Shown here: in pieces, positions 22,157-35,409 of the stretch
How positions within the stretch are numbered: the stretch's first letter is position 1
How the letters are laid out: each line of letters starts with the position of its first letter
Source: an uncultured delta proteobacterium
GTDB lineage: Bacteria; Desulfobacterota; Desulfobacteria; Desulfobacterales; Desulfatirhabdiaceae
Assembly: GCA_963789395.1 (NCBI GenBank)
Contig: CAWBKP010000010.1
Coordinates: 96,001-160,000, forward strand
Direction: 5' to 3'
Length of the DNA: 64,000 bases
Made by a program: the position numbers and the translations under genes
Notes under the pieces: model-generated
What the model saw: only the letters and a program-made list of their open reading frames with translations
What the model was told of the DNA's origin: nothing
Databases searched by the model: none

Positions 22157-25100
22157 TCAGGATTTCCCTTTTCTGTTAGGATAAGCGTCTTTGGATCGCG
22201 CAGCGGAAATTGCGGGGCTGCAATCCGTCTGAACCGCCGGATATCCCAGAAGCGCGTCGATATCACGTTTGAGCTTGCTTCCTGCCTTTACTTTCAACTG
22301 CTCGGGAAGGGATATGACAATCTGGGTATGGTCCGGGCTGTTCAGGCGCAGAATCGCCGGACAGGCGCCCGGATGGCTGCCCATGACATCCCGAAGCCTG
22401 AGCAGGGTCTCCCGCTGGACCCGGGACAGGTCAATATTCACATGAAGGGTTGCCGCCCAGGTTTCCTCGGCCTTTTCCAGAGGAATCAGGGTTTCCGCCA
22501 GGATTTTGACCGCATTATCGTCTTTTTGAACTGCTCCCTGAACCATGATGGCGCCATCGCCGGACAACAGATCGCTGACAGCCGCATAAAGATTCGAAAA
22601 AACCGTGATCTCGACGCTGCCGTTCATGTCTTCCAGGGTGACAAAGGCCATCAGCTCATCGCGCCGGGTTTTGATCACTTTGACGTTTCGGACGATGCCG
22701 CCGATGCGAATGGCCTCGCCATCCGCTTTGTCTGAAAGAGAAAGGGAGTCTGCGGTCGCAAACTTATCCAGAATATCCTCAAATCCCTGCAAGGGATGGC
22801 CGGTAATATAAAACCCCAGGGTTTCCTTCTCCAGCAGGAGCCGCTGTTTTTCATCCCATTCCGCCATATCGGGAAGCGGGGAATGGCCGATTTTCTGCTC
22901 TCCCTTGACGCTTCCGCCAAAAAGGCCCATTTGGGGATCCGAGCGCTTCCGGTGAACCAGTTGCCCGTAGTCAACGGCATCCTCAATGGCGGCCATGAGC
23001 TGGGAACGCCTGGCGCCGGTTGAATCAAAAGCCCCGCATTTGATCAGGCTCTCAATCACCCGCTTGTTGACTTTTTTCAGCTCCACCCGTTCACAAAAAT
23101 CAAATAAAGACGTAAACCTGCCTTTTTTGCGTTCCTCGATAATGCTTTCGATGGCAGCCCTCGCCGACATTCTTGACGGCAACCAGGCCGAACCGGATTT
23201 TGGAACCCGCAACCGTAAAGCTTTTTTCGCTTTCGTTGATATCCGGAGGCAGCACTTCGATATCATGGCTGCGACATTCGGCAATGTATTTGACCACGCC
23301 GTCCGAGGAGTTCATTTCGCTGGTCAGAAGGGCCGCCAGAAGCTCAACCGGATAATGGGCCTTTAAATAAGCGGTCTGATAGGCGATCAGGGCATAAGCG
23401 GCGCTGTGGGATTTATTGAATCCATATCGCCCGAATTTTTCCATCAGGTCAAAGATCTGGCTGGCTTTATCCTTGGGAATGCCTTTCTCCTGAGCCCCCT
23501 GAACAAATCGGTCCCGGTGTTTGGCCATGATTTCGGCAATCTTTTTCCCCATGGCTTTTCGCAGGTCATCGGCTTCGGACATGGTATAATTGGCCAGCTC
23601 GGCCGCAATTTTCATGACCTGTTCCTGGTACACGATAACGCCGTAGGTTTCCTTTAATACCGGCGCCAGCTCGGGCACCAGATATTCCACGTTTTTCCGG
23701 CCATGCTTGCGGTCCACAAAATCATCCACCATGCCGCTTTCCAGAGGACCCGGACGATAAAGCGCCACCAGGGCCGTGACATCGTCAAAGCATTCGGGCT
23801 TCAGGCGGACGAGCAGGTCCTTCATGCCGGAGCTTTCCAGTTGAAAGACGCCGGTGGTGTCCCCGGAAGCCAGCAGGCGATAGGTATCGGGATCGGAAAA
23901 ATCCAGATCCAGAAGATCCGGAGGCGTTTTCCCCTGGTCCTTGATCATTTGAAGGGCCCCGGCAATGACCGTAAGGTTTCGAAGCCCCAGAAAATCAAAT
24001 TTGACCAGGCCGATTTTCTCCACGCATTTCATGTCAAACTGGGTGACAACTTCCCCTTTTTTCCCCCGGTACATGGGCAGGTAATCCACCAGGGGCCGAT
24101 CTCCGATGACCACACCCGCGGCATGGGTTGAGGCGTGACGGGGAAGCCCTTCCAGAACCCTGCAGATGTTGATGAGATCCTCAACTTCCGGCCTGCTTTC
24201 CACCATTTCCGCAAGTTTCGGCTCCTGTTTAAGCGCCTCATCCAGGCTGATGTTGAGCACATCCGGAACCAGTTTGGCGATGGCGTCCACTTCGCGCAGG
24301 GGAATGTCCAGGGCCCGTCCCACATCCCGGATCACAGCCCGGGTTTTGAGCTTTCCAAAGGTAATGATCTGGCTGACATAATCGCCCCCGCCGTAGCGGT
24401 CCACCACATATTTATACACCTGCTCCCGGCCGTTGATGCAGAAATCCACGTCAATATCCGGCATGCTTTTCCGGCCGGGATTCAGAAACCGCTCAAATAT
24501 CAGTCCGTGCTCCAGGGGATCCAGATCGGTGATTCCCAGAGAAAAGGCCACCAGGCTTCCGGCCGCGGAGCCTCGGCCAGGACCCACGGGGATCTGATGC
24601 TCCTTGGCATACTGGATAAAATCCGCAACAATCAAAAAATAGCCGGGAAACCCCATCTCCTTGATGGCGGCCATTTCATATTCAAGGCGGGCCAGATAGG
24701 GCTTTTCATCCTGATCCGGGTGTTTTTTCAGAATCTGGCGCCATATCCGCGCATACCCTGTCCGGGTTTTTTCATCAAAGATATCGTCCGCAGAGCGCTC
24801 GCCCGTGGATTCATATTTGGGGAAATGAAAGGTCTTGAAATCAAATTCCAGATTGCATCGGCTGGCAATATCGACGGTATTGGCAAGAGCGCCGGGATAG
24901 GATTTGAAATCCGCGACCATTTCATCCCGGGACTTGAAATAGAGCTGGTCCGTCCGGAATTTGAAGCGCTCCGAATCATGAATGGTTTTTCCGGTCTGAA
25001 TACAGAGCAGCACATCATGGGCCCGGACATCGTCCTGATCCAGATAATGGCAGTCGTTGGTCGCAACCATCGGAATGGAAAGCCGCCGGCTCATATCGAG

Positions 25101-25670
25101 CAGGGTCTGATTGACGTGATCCTGGATGTCGATGCCGTTGTTCTGAACCTCCAGGAAAAAATTCCCCTCGCCAAAAAGGCTGAGATAAAACCTGGCGGCT
25201 TCATCCGCTGCATCCTGCCGGCCGTCCTTGATGAGCCTGGGAATCTCGCCATGAAGACAGGCGGAAAGGGCAATGAGCCCCTTGGCGTGATCCTTGAGGA
25301 TATCCTTGTCAATCCGGGGTTTGTAGTAAAACCCCTCAAGCTGCGCAATGGTGGCCAGTTTGCAGAGATTTCGGTAGCCTTCCTCATTTTCGGCCAGCAA
25401 AATGATATGAGAAAGCCCTTTATTGTCCTGGGCGGTTTTTTCGGCAATGGAACGCGGCGCAATATAGCATTCGCACCCGATGACCGGTTTGATGCCGGCT
25501 TTAAGGGCTTTTTCATAAAACTCGACGGTCCCGAACATGGTGCCGTGATCGGTAATGGCGACGCTGTCCATGCCGTATGTTTTCACCCGCTGCAAGAGCG
25601 GCTCTATGCGAATGGCGCCATCCAGAAGGCTGTACTGGGTATGAACGTGAAGATGGACAAAATCGGTCAT
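22157..25670 (-). CDS. dnaE: DNA polymerase III alpha subunit (one frameshift near 23160)
   Basis: FVHLHVHTQYSLLDG, GPGRGSAAGS, MPDIDVDF, YGFNKSHSAAY; OB-fold and C-terminus in ORF 22157..23284. Confidence 0.97.
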
Positions 25671-25685
25671 TGTATCCTTAAAAAG

Positions 25686-25760
25686 CAGGCTGTAGGCCAT
25701 GAGGCAATAGGCTACGGCCGAACCGATAGCCCTGGCCATAGCCCATTGCCTATGCCTATT
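25686..25760. repeat. Inverted array of TAGGCNA-like heptamers
   Basis: caggctg-taggcca-tgaggcaa-taggcta ... tagccct-ggcca-tagccca-ttgccta-tgccta, between guaB and dnaE. Confidence 0.6.
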
Positions 25761-25767
25761 GTCATAA

Positions 25768-27231
25768 TTAATCCAGCCGATAATTCGGCGCTTCCTTGGT
25801 AATGATCACGTCATGGACATGGCTTTCCCTGAGACCTGCGGCGCTGATCCGGATAAACGTCGCCTTTTCCCTCAGCTCTGCAATGGACTTGCATCCGGCA
25901 TACCCCATGCCTGCCTTGAGTCCGCCGATCAGCTGAAAAATATTGGCCGAAAGTGTTCCCGAGTAAGGGACCCGTCCCACAATGCCTTCGGGGACAAGCT
26001 TGTCGTCTGCTTCCTGCTCCGTCTGGTAATAGCGGTCCTTGCTGCCTTTTTTCATGGCTTCCAGCGACCCCATGCCCCGATACACCTTATAGCTTCTGCC
26101 CTGAAAAAAAATGGACTCCCCCGGGCTTTCCTCGGTTCCGGCAAAAAGACCGCCGATCATCACCACATGGGCGCCTGCACCGATGGCTTTGGTCACATCG
26201 CCGGAAAATTTAATGCCGCCGTCCGCGATCAGCGGAATGCCTTTGCGGTTACAGACGTCCTTGCAGTTCATGATCGCCGTCATCTGGGGAACACCTGCGC
26301 CCGCAACGATGCGGGTGGTGCAGATGGAGCCGGGGCCGATGCCGATCTTCACCCCGTCAACGCCGGCCAGAATCAGATCCTCGGCGCCTTTTTCAGTTGC
26401 CACATTCCCGGCGATGAGCTCGATATTGCTGAAGGTCTGCTTTAACGTAATCACCGCATCCATGACATTTTTGGAATGGCCGTGAGAGGTATCGATCAAA
26501 ATCACATCCGCGCCTGCCTTAAGCAGCATTTCGGCGCGTTCCAGCATATCCGGTCCGACGCCGACGGCGGCTCCCACCCGAAGCCTTCCCTTGCCATCCT
26601 TGCAGGCATTGGGATATTTTTTGATTTTCTCGATGTCCTTAATCGTGATCATTCCGGTCAGCCTGCCGTTTTTATCCACGACAAGCAGTTTTTCAATCCG
26701 GTGCTCGTGAAGCAGTTTTTTGGACTCCTCCAGATTAATGCCTTCGGTGACCGTTACCAGATTTTTATGGGTCATCACAGCGGATACGGGTCTGGCAAGA
26801 TCGGTCTCAAACCGAAGATCCCGGTTGGTCACAATCCCGACCAGCCGATCGCCGTCCGTTACCGGAACCCCGGAAATCCGGTATTCTTCCATGAGGTTGA
26901 GGACATCCTGAACACTCTGCTCCGGCCTGATGGTCACCGGATCTATAATCATGCCGCTTTCCGACTTTTTGACCTTTCCCACTTCCAGAACCTGATTCTC
27001 AATGCTCATGTTGCGATGAATAAACCCCAGTCCGCCATCTCTGGCCATGCTGATGGCGGTTCGCGATTCGGTAACCGTATCCATTGCAGCACTGACGATG
27101 GGGATGTTCAACGCCAGGTTTCGCGTCAGCCACGTTGTGGTCGTGACGTCTTTGGGGAGCACATCCGAATAACTGGGTACCAGCAGAACATCATCAAATG
27201 AAAAAGCTTCCTGGATGGGTATTTCTTTCAT
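25768..27231 (-). CDS. guaB: IMP dehydrogenase
   Basis: [20 protein letters not shown] pair, [17 protein letters not shown]. Confidence 0.98.
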   Translation of the reverse strand: MKEIPIQEAFSFDDVLLVPSYSDVLPKDVTTTTWLTRNLALNIPIVSAAMDTVTESRTAISMARDGGLGFIHRNMSIENQVLEVGKVKKSESGMIIDPVTIRPEQSVQDVLNLMEEYRISGVPVTDGDRLVGIVTNRDLRFETDLARPVSAVMTHKNLVTVTEGINLEESKKLLHEHRIEKLLVVDKNGRLTGMITIKDIEKIKKYPNACKDGKGRLRVGAAVGVGPDMLERAEMLLKAGADVILIDTSHGHSKNVMDAVITLKQTFSNIELIAGNVATEKGAEDLILAGVDGVKIGIGPGSICTTRIVAGAGVPQMTAIMNCKDVCNRKGIPLIADGGIKFSGDVTKAIGAGAHVVMIGGLFAGTEESPGESIFFQGRSYKVYRGMGSLEAMKKGSKDRYYQTEQEADDKLVPEGIVGRVPYSGTLSANIFQLIGGLKAGMGYAGCKSIAELREKATFIRISAAGLRESHVHDVIITKEAPNYRLD

Positions 27232-27456
27232 GGGTTTCCTCCATAGGGTTTTTACATGAACACTGTTTTAACAGATTAAAATACAAGAAGACAAAGGCTT
27301 TGGCAATTACTAATTTGGTCTTTCGGCAAAACGCTCCAATTCCGGCGAACACCAGACGAATTCCTTCTCTTTTTTATTGACGCACAAAATTTTGCCTGTA
27401 TTTTATCCGGTAAATATCATTCAACAATCAAATAGATTTTCTTGAGGAGGGTTACC

Positions 27457-28669
27457 ATGAAAAGATCGTTCGGGATGGTTGTCTGCGGAATGCTGTTCAT
27501 TGCTTTTACGGCTGCTCCCCTTATTGCGGCGGATCCCATCAAGGTTGGCATCGTGGATTGTTATACCGGGCCACCCAGCACCTATACCAATGATGTTCGG
27601 GATGCGTTTCAACTGGCCGTTGACAAAATCAACGCCAAAGGCGGCGTCCTGGGCAGAAAAATCGAATTTACGACCCGTGACAGCAAATTCAAGGTGGATC
27701 TGGGCCTCAGCGCAGCCAAAGAGCTGATCATGCGGGAAAAAGTGAATCTGCTGATGGGTACCATCAACAGCGCAGAAGCCCTGGCTATTTCGGATTTATG
27801 CAAGACCGAAAAAATCCCCCTGCTGGTAACGTTTTCAAAGAGCGATGCAATCACCGGCGAAAAAGGACACCGGTATGTGTTTTCCATGAATGAAAACACA
27901 TCCATGGCCGGAAAAGCCGCGGCCATCGGCCCTTTCCAAAAAACCCTACGTCAAATACTGGATCGGCGGAGACGACTATGAATACGGTCATGCCATTGCA
28001 GACGGCGTATGGCAGAATCTCAAGAAGCTGAAACCCGAGGTCGAACTGCTTGGCCAGACCTGGTGGAAGGTGGGAGAATCCGATTTTACCCCGTATATTA
28101 CGGCCATGCTTTCGGCAAAACCCGATGCCGTCATCATTGCAACCGGCGGCAAGAACTGCGTCCCTTTTTTGAAAGCCGCCGAAACCACCGGATTTAACAA
28201 GCAAGTTCCATTTTACATGCACACGGCAACCGAGCTGTCCACCCTTCAGCCCCTGGGGCTCGATGCCCCTGAAGGGGTTCTGGGCACTTCCAATTATTTT
28301 TTCTACTATCCGGAAACCCCGGAAAACAAGGATTTTGTCAAGGAATTTCAGCAGGCATACGGCAGGCCCCCCAAGGTCGGCGCCTTATACGGATACATTA
28401 CCGCTGCCTTTATTGCCAAAGCCTATGAAAAAGCCGGAACCATCGACACGGAAAAATTCATCGACGCCCTGGAAGGCATGACCGTTGACAGTCCTGTCGG
28501 AAAACTTACCATCCGGCCCTATGATCACCAGGTCATGTTTCCCATGTTCATGGGGGTAACCAAAAAAGTGCCGGGATATGATTTTCTGATTGCGTCGGAC
28601 ATTGTCACGATTTCCGGCGAAGATGTCATGCCGGCAATTGAAGAAATCAAGAAAGCACGTGGACAGTGA
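27457..28669 (+). CDS. LivJ/K-family ABC transporter substrate-binding protein (frameshift near 27930)
   Basis: GAGGAGG RBS, signal peptide, INAKGGVLGRKIE, DYEYG, DALEGM..SPVG. Confidence 0.9.
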
Positions 28670-28681
28670 TGGGTTGATTCG

Positions 28682-29578
28682 ATGCTCGAATTCTTCTCCC
28701 ATATCCCCCTGTCGTCCCTGCTGCAGCAGATCCTGGTCGGGCTCAGCCGGACAACGATTCTGTTCATCGTGGCATCCGGCCTGAGCCTGGTCCTGGGAGT
28801 GCTTCGCATTCCGAATCTGGCCCACGGCTCATTTTATATGATCGGCGCTTTTTTAACCTATTCTGTTTCAGTTGTCATCGGCGGAAAGGCCGGGTTCTGG
28901 GTGGCGCTGGTGGTTGCTCCCGCAGGCGTTGCCCTGATCAGCCTCATCCTGGAGCGCGGGCTGTTCTGCCATCTCTATGACCGGGAGCATCTCATGCTGC
29001 TGCTGTTTACGTTTTCATTCACCCTGGTCTTCGGGGACATCGTCAAGATCATCTGGGGGTCTGATTTCCGATCCATTTCAACACCGGCTCTTTTTCAGGG
29101 GTCGCTTTCGATTTTCGGCCTTTCCCTTCCGCGTTACAATGTTTTTCTGCTGATTATCGGGCCGATGGTGGCGTTAGGGCTTTGGGTGCTGACCCAGAAA
29201 ACAAAAATCGGGAAAATCGCCAGGGCCGCGGCCGTTGACCGGGAGATGGTCGGGGCGGTCGGCATTAATGTCAGCCTGGTGTTCTCGGCCGTATTCGTAA
29301 TCGGATGTTTTCTGGCCGGACTCGGCGGCGCGCTGGTGGCCCCTACCCAGAACATCACTCAGGGCATGGATCATTCCATCATTATGGAGGCGTTTCTGAT
29401 CGTGATTGTCGGGGGCCTTGGCAATATCTGGGGCGCGCTCCTGGGCGCGCTGATTTTCGGCCTGACAGATGCCGTCGGTATCCTGTTATGGCCCCAGTTC
29501 GCCATCGTGTTCCCCTATGCCGTGGTGGTGACCATCCTGATGATCCGCCCCAAGGGCCTTCTCAAATCAACCTGGTAG
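28682..29578 (+). CDS. LivH-family ABC permease
   Basis: ASGLSLVLG..NLAHGSFYMIGA, TKIGKIARA, IVGGLGNIWGA. Confidence 0.92.
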   Translation: MLEFFSHIPLSSLLQQILVGLSRTTILFIVASGLSLVLGVLRIPNLAHGSFYMIGAFLTYSVSVVIGGKAGFWVALVVAPAGVALISLILERGLFCHLYDREHLMLLLFTFSFTLVFGDIVKIIWGSDFRSISTPALFQGSLSIFGLSLPRYNVFLLIIGPMVALGLWVLTQKTKIGKIARAAAVDREMVGAVGINVSLVFSAVFVIGCFLAGLGGALVAPTQNITQGMDHSIIMEAFLIVIVGGLGNIWGALLGALIFGLTDAVGILLWPQFAIVFPYAVVVTILMIRPKGLLKSTW

Positions 29579-29591
29579 AAGGAAGATCGTA

Positions 29592-30576
29592 TTGCCGGTG
29601 AAAAAGATCGATGTAAAAATGCTGTTGTGGGTGATGGGAATCGGGCTTCTGTTTCTATGTCTTCCCCGGTTCCTGCCCAGGTTCTATGTCTACCTGACGG
29701 CGCTGATCCTGCTGACAGGGACTGCTGGCAACCAGCCTGAATCTGGTGCTGGGGTTCGGCGGCATGTATCAGTTTCACCACGCGGTGTTTTATGGCATCG
29801 GGGCGTATTCCCTTGCCCTGATGCTGACCAAATCGGGACTTCCGGCCTGGACCGGATTTGTTGTCGCCCCCCTGGTCTCCGCCGGGATGGGATATGTCAT
29901 CGGTTTGATCTGTGTCAGGCTCTCCAAACTGTATTTCGGCATGCTTCAAATCTCCCTGGGATCTCTGGTCTGGGCCATCGTGTTCCGCTGGTATTCCTTT
30001 ACCGGCGGCGATGACGGCATTCACGGCATTCCGCTGCCAAAGATGCTGTCCGCTTCTCACGGCGCCTATTATTTTACCCTTATCATCACCGCAGTCTCCC
30101 TTTTTTTGATGTATCGCATCGTGAATTCCCCTTTTGGCAGAACGTTTCAGGCCATTCGCGACAACCCCGAAAGATGCGAGGCCATCGGCATCAATGTCCG
30201 GCGGCACCAACTTGTCGGAGAAGTGATTGCCGGTTTTTTTGCCGGGGTTGCCGGAACGCTTTTTGTGACGGTTGAAGGCTCCGTATTCCCGGATCTGATG
30301 TTCTGGACCCTTTCCCTTGAAATTCTGATCATGTGCCTTCTGGGCGGATGGTTCACTTTTTTTGGTCCCATGCTGGGCGCCGCCATCATGGTCACGCTCA
30401 GAACCTTTGTGGGAATCTATACGGAGTACTGGACGCTGATCCTGGGGATCGTGCTGATGCTGCTGATTTTTTTCATGCCCGATGGCGTGCTGGGGATGAT
30501 CCTGAAATACGAAATCCGGAGCCGCCGAAACAATGACAAGCATTACAGTTTTCAGACTCCAAGTTTAGTATCCTGA
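29592..30576 (+). CDS. LivM-family ABC permease (frameshift near 29720)
   Basis: LGFGG..HAVFYGIGAY, TGGDDGIHG, SPFGRTFQAIRDN, GPMLGA. Confidence 0.9.
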
Positions 30577-30678
30577 CATTTGAATTTAGAATTTGTTTCG
30601 ATTTCGATTTGAATTCGGATGCAAAATGACTTTCCGTTCAGGCACTATATCCTGAGTATTGATCGGACAAATTTTTAC

Positions 30679-31423
30679 ATGCTGAAAGTTGAAAATCTTC
30701 AAAAATCCTTTGACGGCTTCATGGCGGTCTCCGACGCCAATCTTGAGGTCAATAAAGGCGAGGTGGTCGCAGTCATCGGCCCGAACGGCGCCGGGAAAAC
30801 CACGCTCTTTCATCTGATTACCGGACAGATTTCCCCGGACAACGGCCGCATCCTTTTCAAAGGCCAGGACATTGCCGGTCTGGCGCCTTACCATATCTGC
30901 AGGAAAGGAATCTGCCGTTCCTACCAGGTGGTCAATATTTTCAACCGGATGACGGTGTTTGAAAATGTACAGGTTGCGCTGATGTCCTTTTGGAAAATGA
31001 CGTTTAACCTGCTGTCGCCGGCCAGAAAACTTCTGATAAAGGAAACCACTCGGGATTCTGGAAAGCGTCGGGCTGGCGGAAAAAGCCGATCAGGTCAGCG
31101 GCTCCCTGTCTCACGGCGATCAAAAAGTGCTTGAAATCGCCATTGCGCTGGGGAACCGGCCGGAGCTCCTGATTCTGGATGAACCCACAGCCGGCATGTC
31201 CCCGGAAGAAACCGCCATGGCCCTTGGCCTGATGAACCGGCTTTCCGGGGAACTGGGCCTGACCATCCTGTTCTGTGAACACGACATGGAACTGGTGTTT
31301 TCCATTGCCCGGAGAATCATGGTCATGCAGCAGGGAAAAACCCTGATTCAGGCCACGCCGGATCAGGTCAAATCCAGCCGGCAGGTGCAGGAAGCCTATC
31401 TGGGCGGGGCCGAATCATGTTAG
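30679..31423 (+). CDS. LivG-family ABC ATPase (frameshift near 31050)
   Basis: GPNGAGKTT, LSHGDQKVLEIA, LILDEPTAGM. Confidence 0.92.
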
Positions 31424-32116
31424 AAGTCAGCGAAATCCATACTTACTATGGCCTGAGCCACGTACTTTTCGGCGTATCCCTTACGGTCAACCCGGGAGAG
31501 ATCGTCTGTCTTCTGGGACGAAACGGCGCGGGAAAGAGCACCACCATGCGGAGCATCATGGGGCTGATTCCCCCGCAAAACGGGACCATCCGGTTTAAAG
31601 GCATCACCTGTACCGGCCAGAAACCTTATCTTCTGGCCCGCATGGGCATGGGATTTGTTCCGGATGACCGCAGGGTTTTTGCAGATCTGACGGTCGGAGA
31701 AAATCTTGAGATCGTCCAGCGAAAAAATCTAAAAACCGGGATATGGAACAAGGATGCGGTCTACGATTTTTTCCCGCCACTTAAAAATAATTGACACGCG
31801 ACGGGCCGGATTTTTAAGCGGCGGCGAGCAGCAGATGCTGACCATCGGCCGGGCCCTGATGACCAATCCGGATCTTCTTCTTCTGGATGAACCCACCGAG
31901 GGGCTTGCCCCCCTTGTGGTGAAACTGCTGGAGCAGCAGATTCGAAAACTCAAGGAAACCGGGTTGACCGTTCTTCTGGCCGAGCAGAACCAAAACATTG
32001 CGCTGGGACTGAGCGATCGCGGCTATGTGATCGACAACGGCGTGATCCGTTTTGGGGGAACCATCCAGGAACTGATGGAAAACGAGCCCATCCGCCAAAA
32101 ATATCTTTGCATTTAA
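31417..32116 (+). CDS. LivF-family ABC ATPase (frameshift near 31790)
   Basis: GRNGAGKST, LSGGEQQML, LLLDEPTEGLAP. Confidence 0.92.
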
Positions 32117-32343
32117 TCCATTCTTGATCTATCAATCCTATCATAATGCCATTGCCCCGGTTTCTATGCCTCATAGAACTGTGTGTTTCTCTGTCTCTTG
32201 AAATTATTCATTCTTTTTTCTGCACAGACTCTCGACACTCGGAACGCCAAGACAATTTCTTTTATCGTCACAAATTATTGACCGGCATTGGAAGACGCTA
32301 TAATCAGTATAATTTTGTCAAAAGATAACTGGGAAAAAGGTTC

Positions 32344-32393
32344 TTGACAGGACCATATAGTTAAAATATTAACAGTTAATGTATTAACTATAT
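32344..32393 (+). promoter_or_regulatory. Sigma70-like promoter overlapped by a tandem palindromic operator
   Basis: TTGACA at 32344 followed by two GTTAA-N4-TTAAC boxes (32360-32373 and 32375-32388). Confidence 0.65.
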
Positions 32394-32470
32394 ACAATTG
32401 CGGTTCGCTGACATGACAGGCATGCGGCATTCGGAAACAAATGCTGAGAGAGCTGCCTAAAGGCATATAG

Positions 32471-33439
32471 ATGGCAACATCAGAGGAGGAAACGGTTATG
32501 GATGATTTCAGAATTGCTGTTGTAGGCGTCGGCGCAACGGGTGCGGTTTTGGCCGCAGCCCTGCTCAATCAAAATATCGAAACCATGCTTGTCGGTCACA
32601 GACCGGGTTTGGGAGAAACTATCAGACGAACCGGCATCCGGATTTCAGGGGAGGTGAACTACCAGGTTTCAGTCCCTGCTTACGTTGATCACATAAGTCT
32701 GCTGAAATCCTACAAGCCGAATCTGATATTTCTTTCCACGAAAACGTTTCATTTGCCAAGGGTTCTGGAGGAACTGAAAGGGGTCTTTAAGAATGGCACA
32801 AAGATCGTCAGCACTCATAATGGACTGGGCACGGAGGACGTCATTGCTGAAACTTTCGGCGCTGACGCAGCCTTCCGCATGTCATTGAATTATGGCGTTT
32901 CGCTGAAAGGGCCGGGTGAAGTTGAAATGGCTTTTTTCAATCGGCCGAATCATTTGGGCGGCCTTAGCGCGGAAAACAAGGCACTGGGCTCAAGGATTTC
33001 CGAATTGTTTACCAGCGGCGGCTTAGACACCGAATGTGTCGATGACATCAAGCTCTACGTGTGGAAAAAAATGGTGATGAAATGCACGATGGCGTCAATA
33101 TGTGCGGTCACGGACAGGACATTGAAACAGATCCTCGATTTTCCTCCGACCAGAGAGATTGCCGATAACTGCTTTAATGAAGTTTTGGCAGTCGCAAAGG
33201 CTCAAGGCTACAATCTGGGAGAGGACTACCTCCGGAAGGCATTGGGTTATCTGGAGAAGGCAGGCGCGCACAAAGATTCCATGTGCTATGACGTCGCGCA
33301 CAAAACACCTACGGAAATCGATTTCTTAGGCGGAAAAGTTGTGGAATACGCAAAGAAATTGGGAATTTCGACACCCTACTATATTGCAATGACGAATTTG
33401 GTGAAGGCAATGGAGGACAGCTACTTGCGCGAGCAGTAA
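32471..33439 (+). CDS. Ketopantoate reductase (PanE/ApbA) family oxidoreductase
   Basis: VVGVGATG, HNGLG, WKKMVMK, DSMCYD..TEIDFLGG. Confidence 0.85.
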   Translation: MATSEEETVMDDFRIAVVGVGATGAVLAAALLNQNIETMLVGHRPGLGETIRRTGIRISGEVNYQVSVPAYVDHISLLKSYKPNLIFLSTKTFHLPRVLEELKGVFKNGTKIVSTHNGLGTEDVIAETFGADAAFRMSLNYGVSLKGPGEVEMAFFNRPNHLGGLSAENKALGSRISELFTSGGLDTECVDDIKLYVWKKMVMKCTMASICAVTDRTLKQILDFPPTREIADNCFNEVLAVAKAQGYNLGEDYLRKALGYLEKAGAHKDSMCYDVAHKTPTEIDFLGGKVVEYAKKLGISTPYYIAMTNLVKAMEDSYLREQ

Positions 33440-33443
33440 TGTC

Positions 33444-35056
33444 ATGAAAAAGGACGGCTTTGAGATGGGCATAAGCAAGTGGACAAACGCAGGTACAGTC
33501 TTGAAGATGAATGCCGTAAATTGTCCGAAGAAATTGGGGTGGCAGGATAACACAGGAGAATTCACGTTTGAAGAATGGAATGACAGGTCCAATCGTTTTG
33601 CAAACGGTCTTAAACGACTTGGAGGTAGGCTATCAAAGATACTTTTGCTGTCATTTCCTACAACCGCGGGGAATGGATGGATATCTATGCGGGTTGTGCC
33701 AAGGGCGGGCAGGTGGTTGTTCCGATCATGTTCCGGCTTGCCGGCCCGGAAATAGAGTACATTGTCAATCACTGCGGAATGCAAAGGGTTTATCGTTGAG
33801 GCGCCTTTTGTGAACCTGATCAACAGCATTAAAGACAGACTTCCCGTTCCAAAGGACGCATACATATATCTGGGAGACGGGCCCGTGCCTGAAGGATATA
33901 TCGGGTACGAAGAGTTTCTTGCAAAGTCTTCACCCAATGAGCCGGACCACTTGGTATATGGAGATGATGTTTGGAACATCATGTACACGTCGGGCACTAC
34001 CGGCCAGCCGAAAGGCGTCGTTCGAACCCATGAGAGCCATATCGCCCATTACATGTTGAGCAATCATCAACATGGGGGTACGGCCGACGGACAAAGTGAT
34101 GCTGGTCATGCCGATGTGTCATGTGAATTCAATACAGTATTCCTTCGCGTATACGCTGATGACCGGCGCCGGTATTCGTCTACAATATCAGTAAGTTTCG
34201 ATCCTGAGGACTTGCTGAAAACAATCGACCGTTATCAGATCACTTTTACTTCATTGGTTCCTACCCATTACCAGATGATTCTGGATTTGCCGAGTCAAGT
34301 TAAGGACCGGGTGGATGTATCCTCTATTCGGCAACTGCTGATCTCATCAGCTCCCGCTCGCAAAGAACTTAAACTTGCCATCATGGATTATTTCAAGAAT
34401 GCGGAGCTTTGGGAGGCTTACGGAAGCACGGAAGGCGGATTGGCAACTTTGCTGAGACCGGAAGATCAGTTGAGGAAACTTGGTTCCATCGGAAAAGAGA
34501 TTTTTGGCATAGATCGGATCAAACTCCTGGATGAAGATCGAAATGAGGTTCCGGACGGGGAAGTCGGAGAATTATTTTACCGGGCGCCTTGCGTTTTTAA
34601 AGAGTATTTAAAAGATCCGGAAAAGACAAAGAAAGCATTTGAAGGAGAGTGGTTTTCTGCGGGGGATTTGGCAAGACGGGATGAAGATGGCTACTACACG
34701 CTGGTTGACAGGAAAGCGAACATGATAATCACCGGCGGCGAGAACGTCTATCCCTCGGAAGTGGAAAACATCCTCCGGTTACATAAAGCAGTCAAGGAAG
34801 TCGCAGTATCGGTGTCCCGGATGAAAAATGGGGGGAAGCGATAAAAGCTGTTGTGGTGCTTAATAAGGGGTATATGGCCGGAGAAGTTTTGGCCGGGGAA
34901 ATCATCGACTCTGTACGAAGCAGGATCGCCGGATACAAGCGGCCCAAAAGCATTGATTTCATAAAAGATGAGGAAATGCCGAGAACTCCCAATGGAAAGA
35001 TCCGACACAGAACGCTCAAGAGTCGATATGTCAAAGGGGCTCTCGGGATAAGATAA
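33444..35056 (+). CDS. Acyl-CoA synthetase/AMP-dependent ligase (several frameshifts)
   Basis: MYTSGTTGQPKG, EAYGSTEG, SAGDL, VDRKANMIITGGENVYPSEVE, MPRTPNGKI. Confidence 0.92.
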
Positions 35057-35409
35057 GCGGGGAGTCCATCAAAGCAACCAATCCGGAAACCAACATGCAA
35101 CATGGTCAGGTGTTTCCGATGAAAAAAGAATTCAACCCCATCCGCCTGGTGATAGTCGCAAAACAGGTAACCTTCCGAAGGGCTTTGGACTATCTCGCAA
35201 CGATCGAATCTGTTTAATCAAATCCGGTGTCTGTCATATTTCTCTGGCAAGCAGCGAACCTTTTTGTTATCCTGAAAACCACTTAATGCCGGACGGTTCG
35301 GGTCACATCATCTTGGCCTTAGCACTGCTCCTTAAACAGCAGATTACCACCTTAAACCAATGTCCGGAAATTGGGAATCACTATACTCTTAAATTTCAGG
35401 ACACAATCG

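Noticed and set aside
23100..23284. Split dnaE as a split intein or programmed frameshift
   Set aside because: No intein motifs at the break; deleting one G in a GGG run restores the frame.
24135..25802. 555-aa antisense ORF over dnaE (likewise 51729..52910 over rpsA and 29515..30543 over livM)
   Set aside because: They lie almost entirely opposite confidently identified genes and have no domain signatures.
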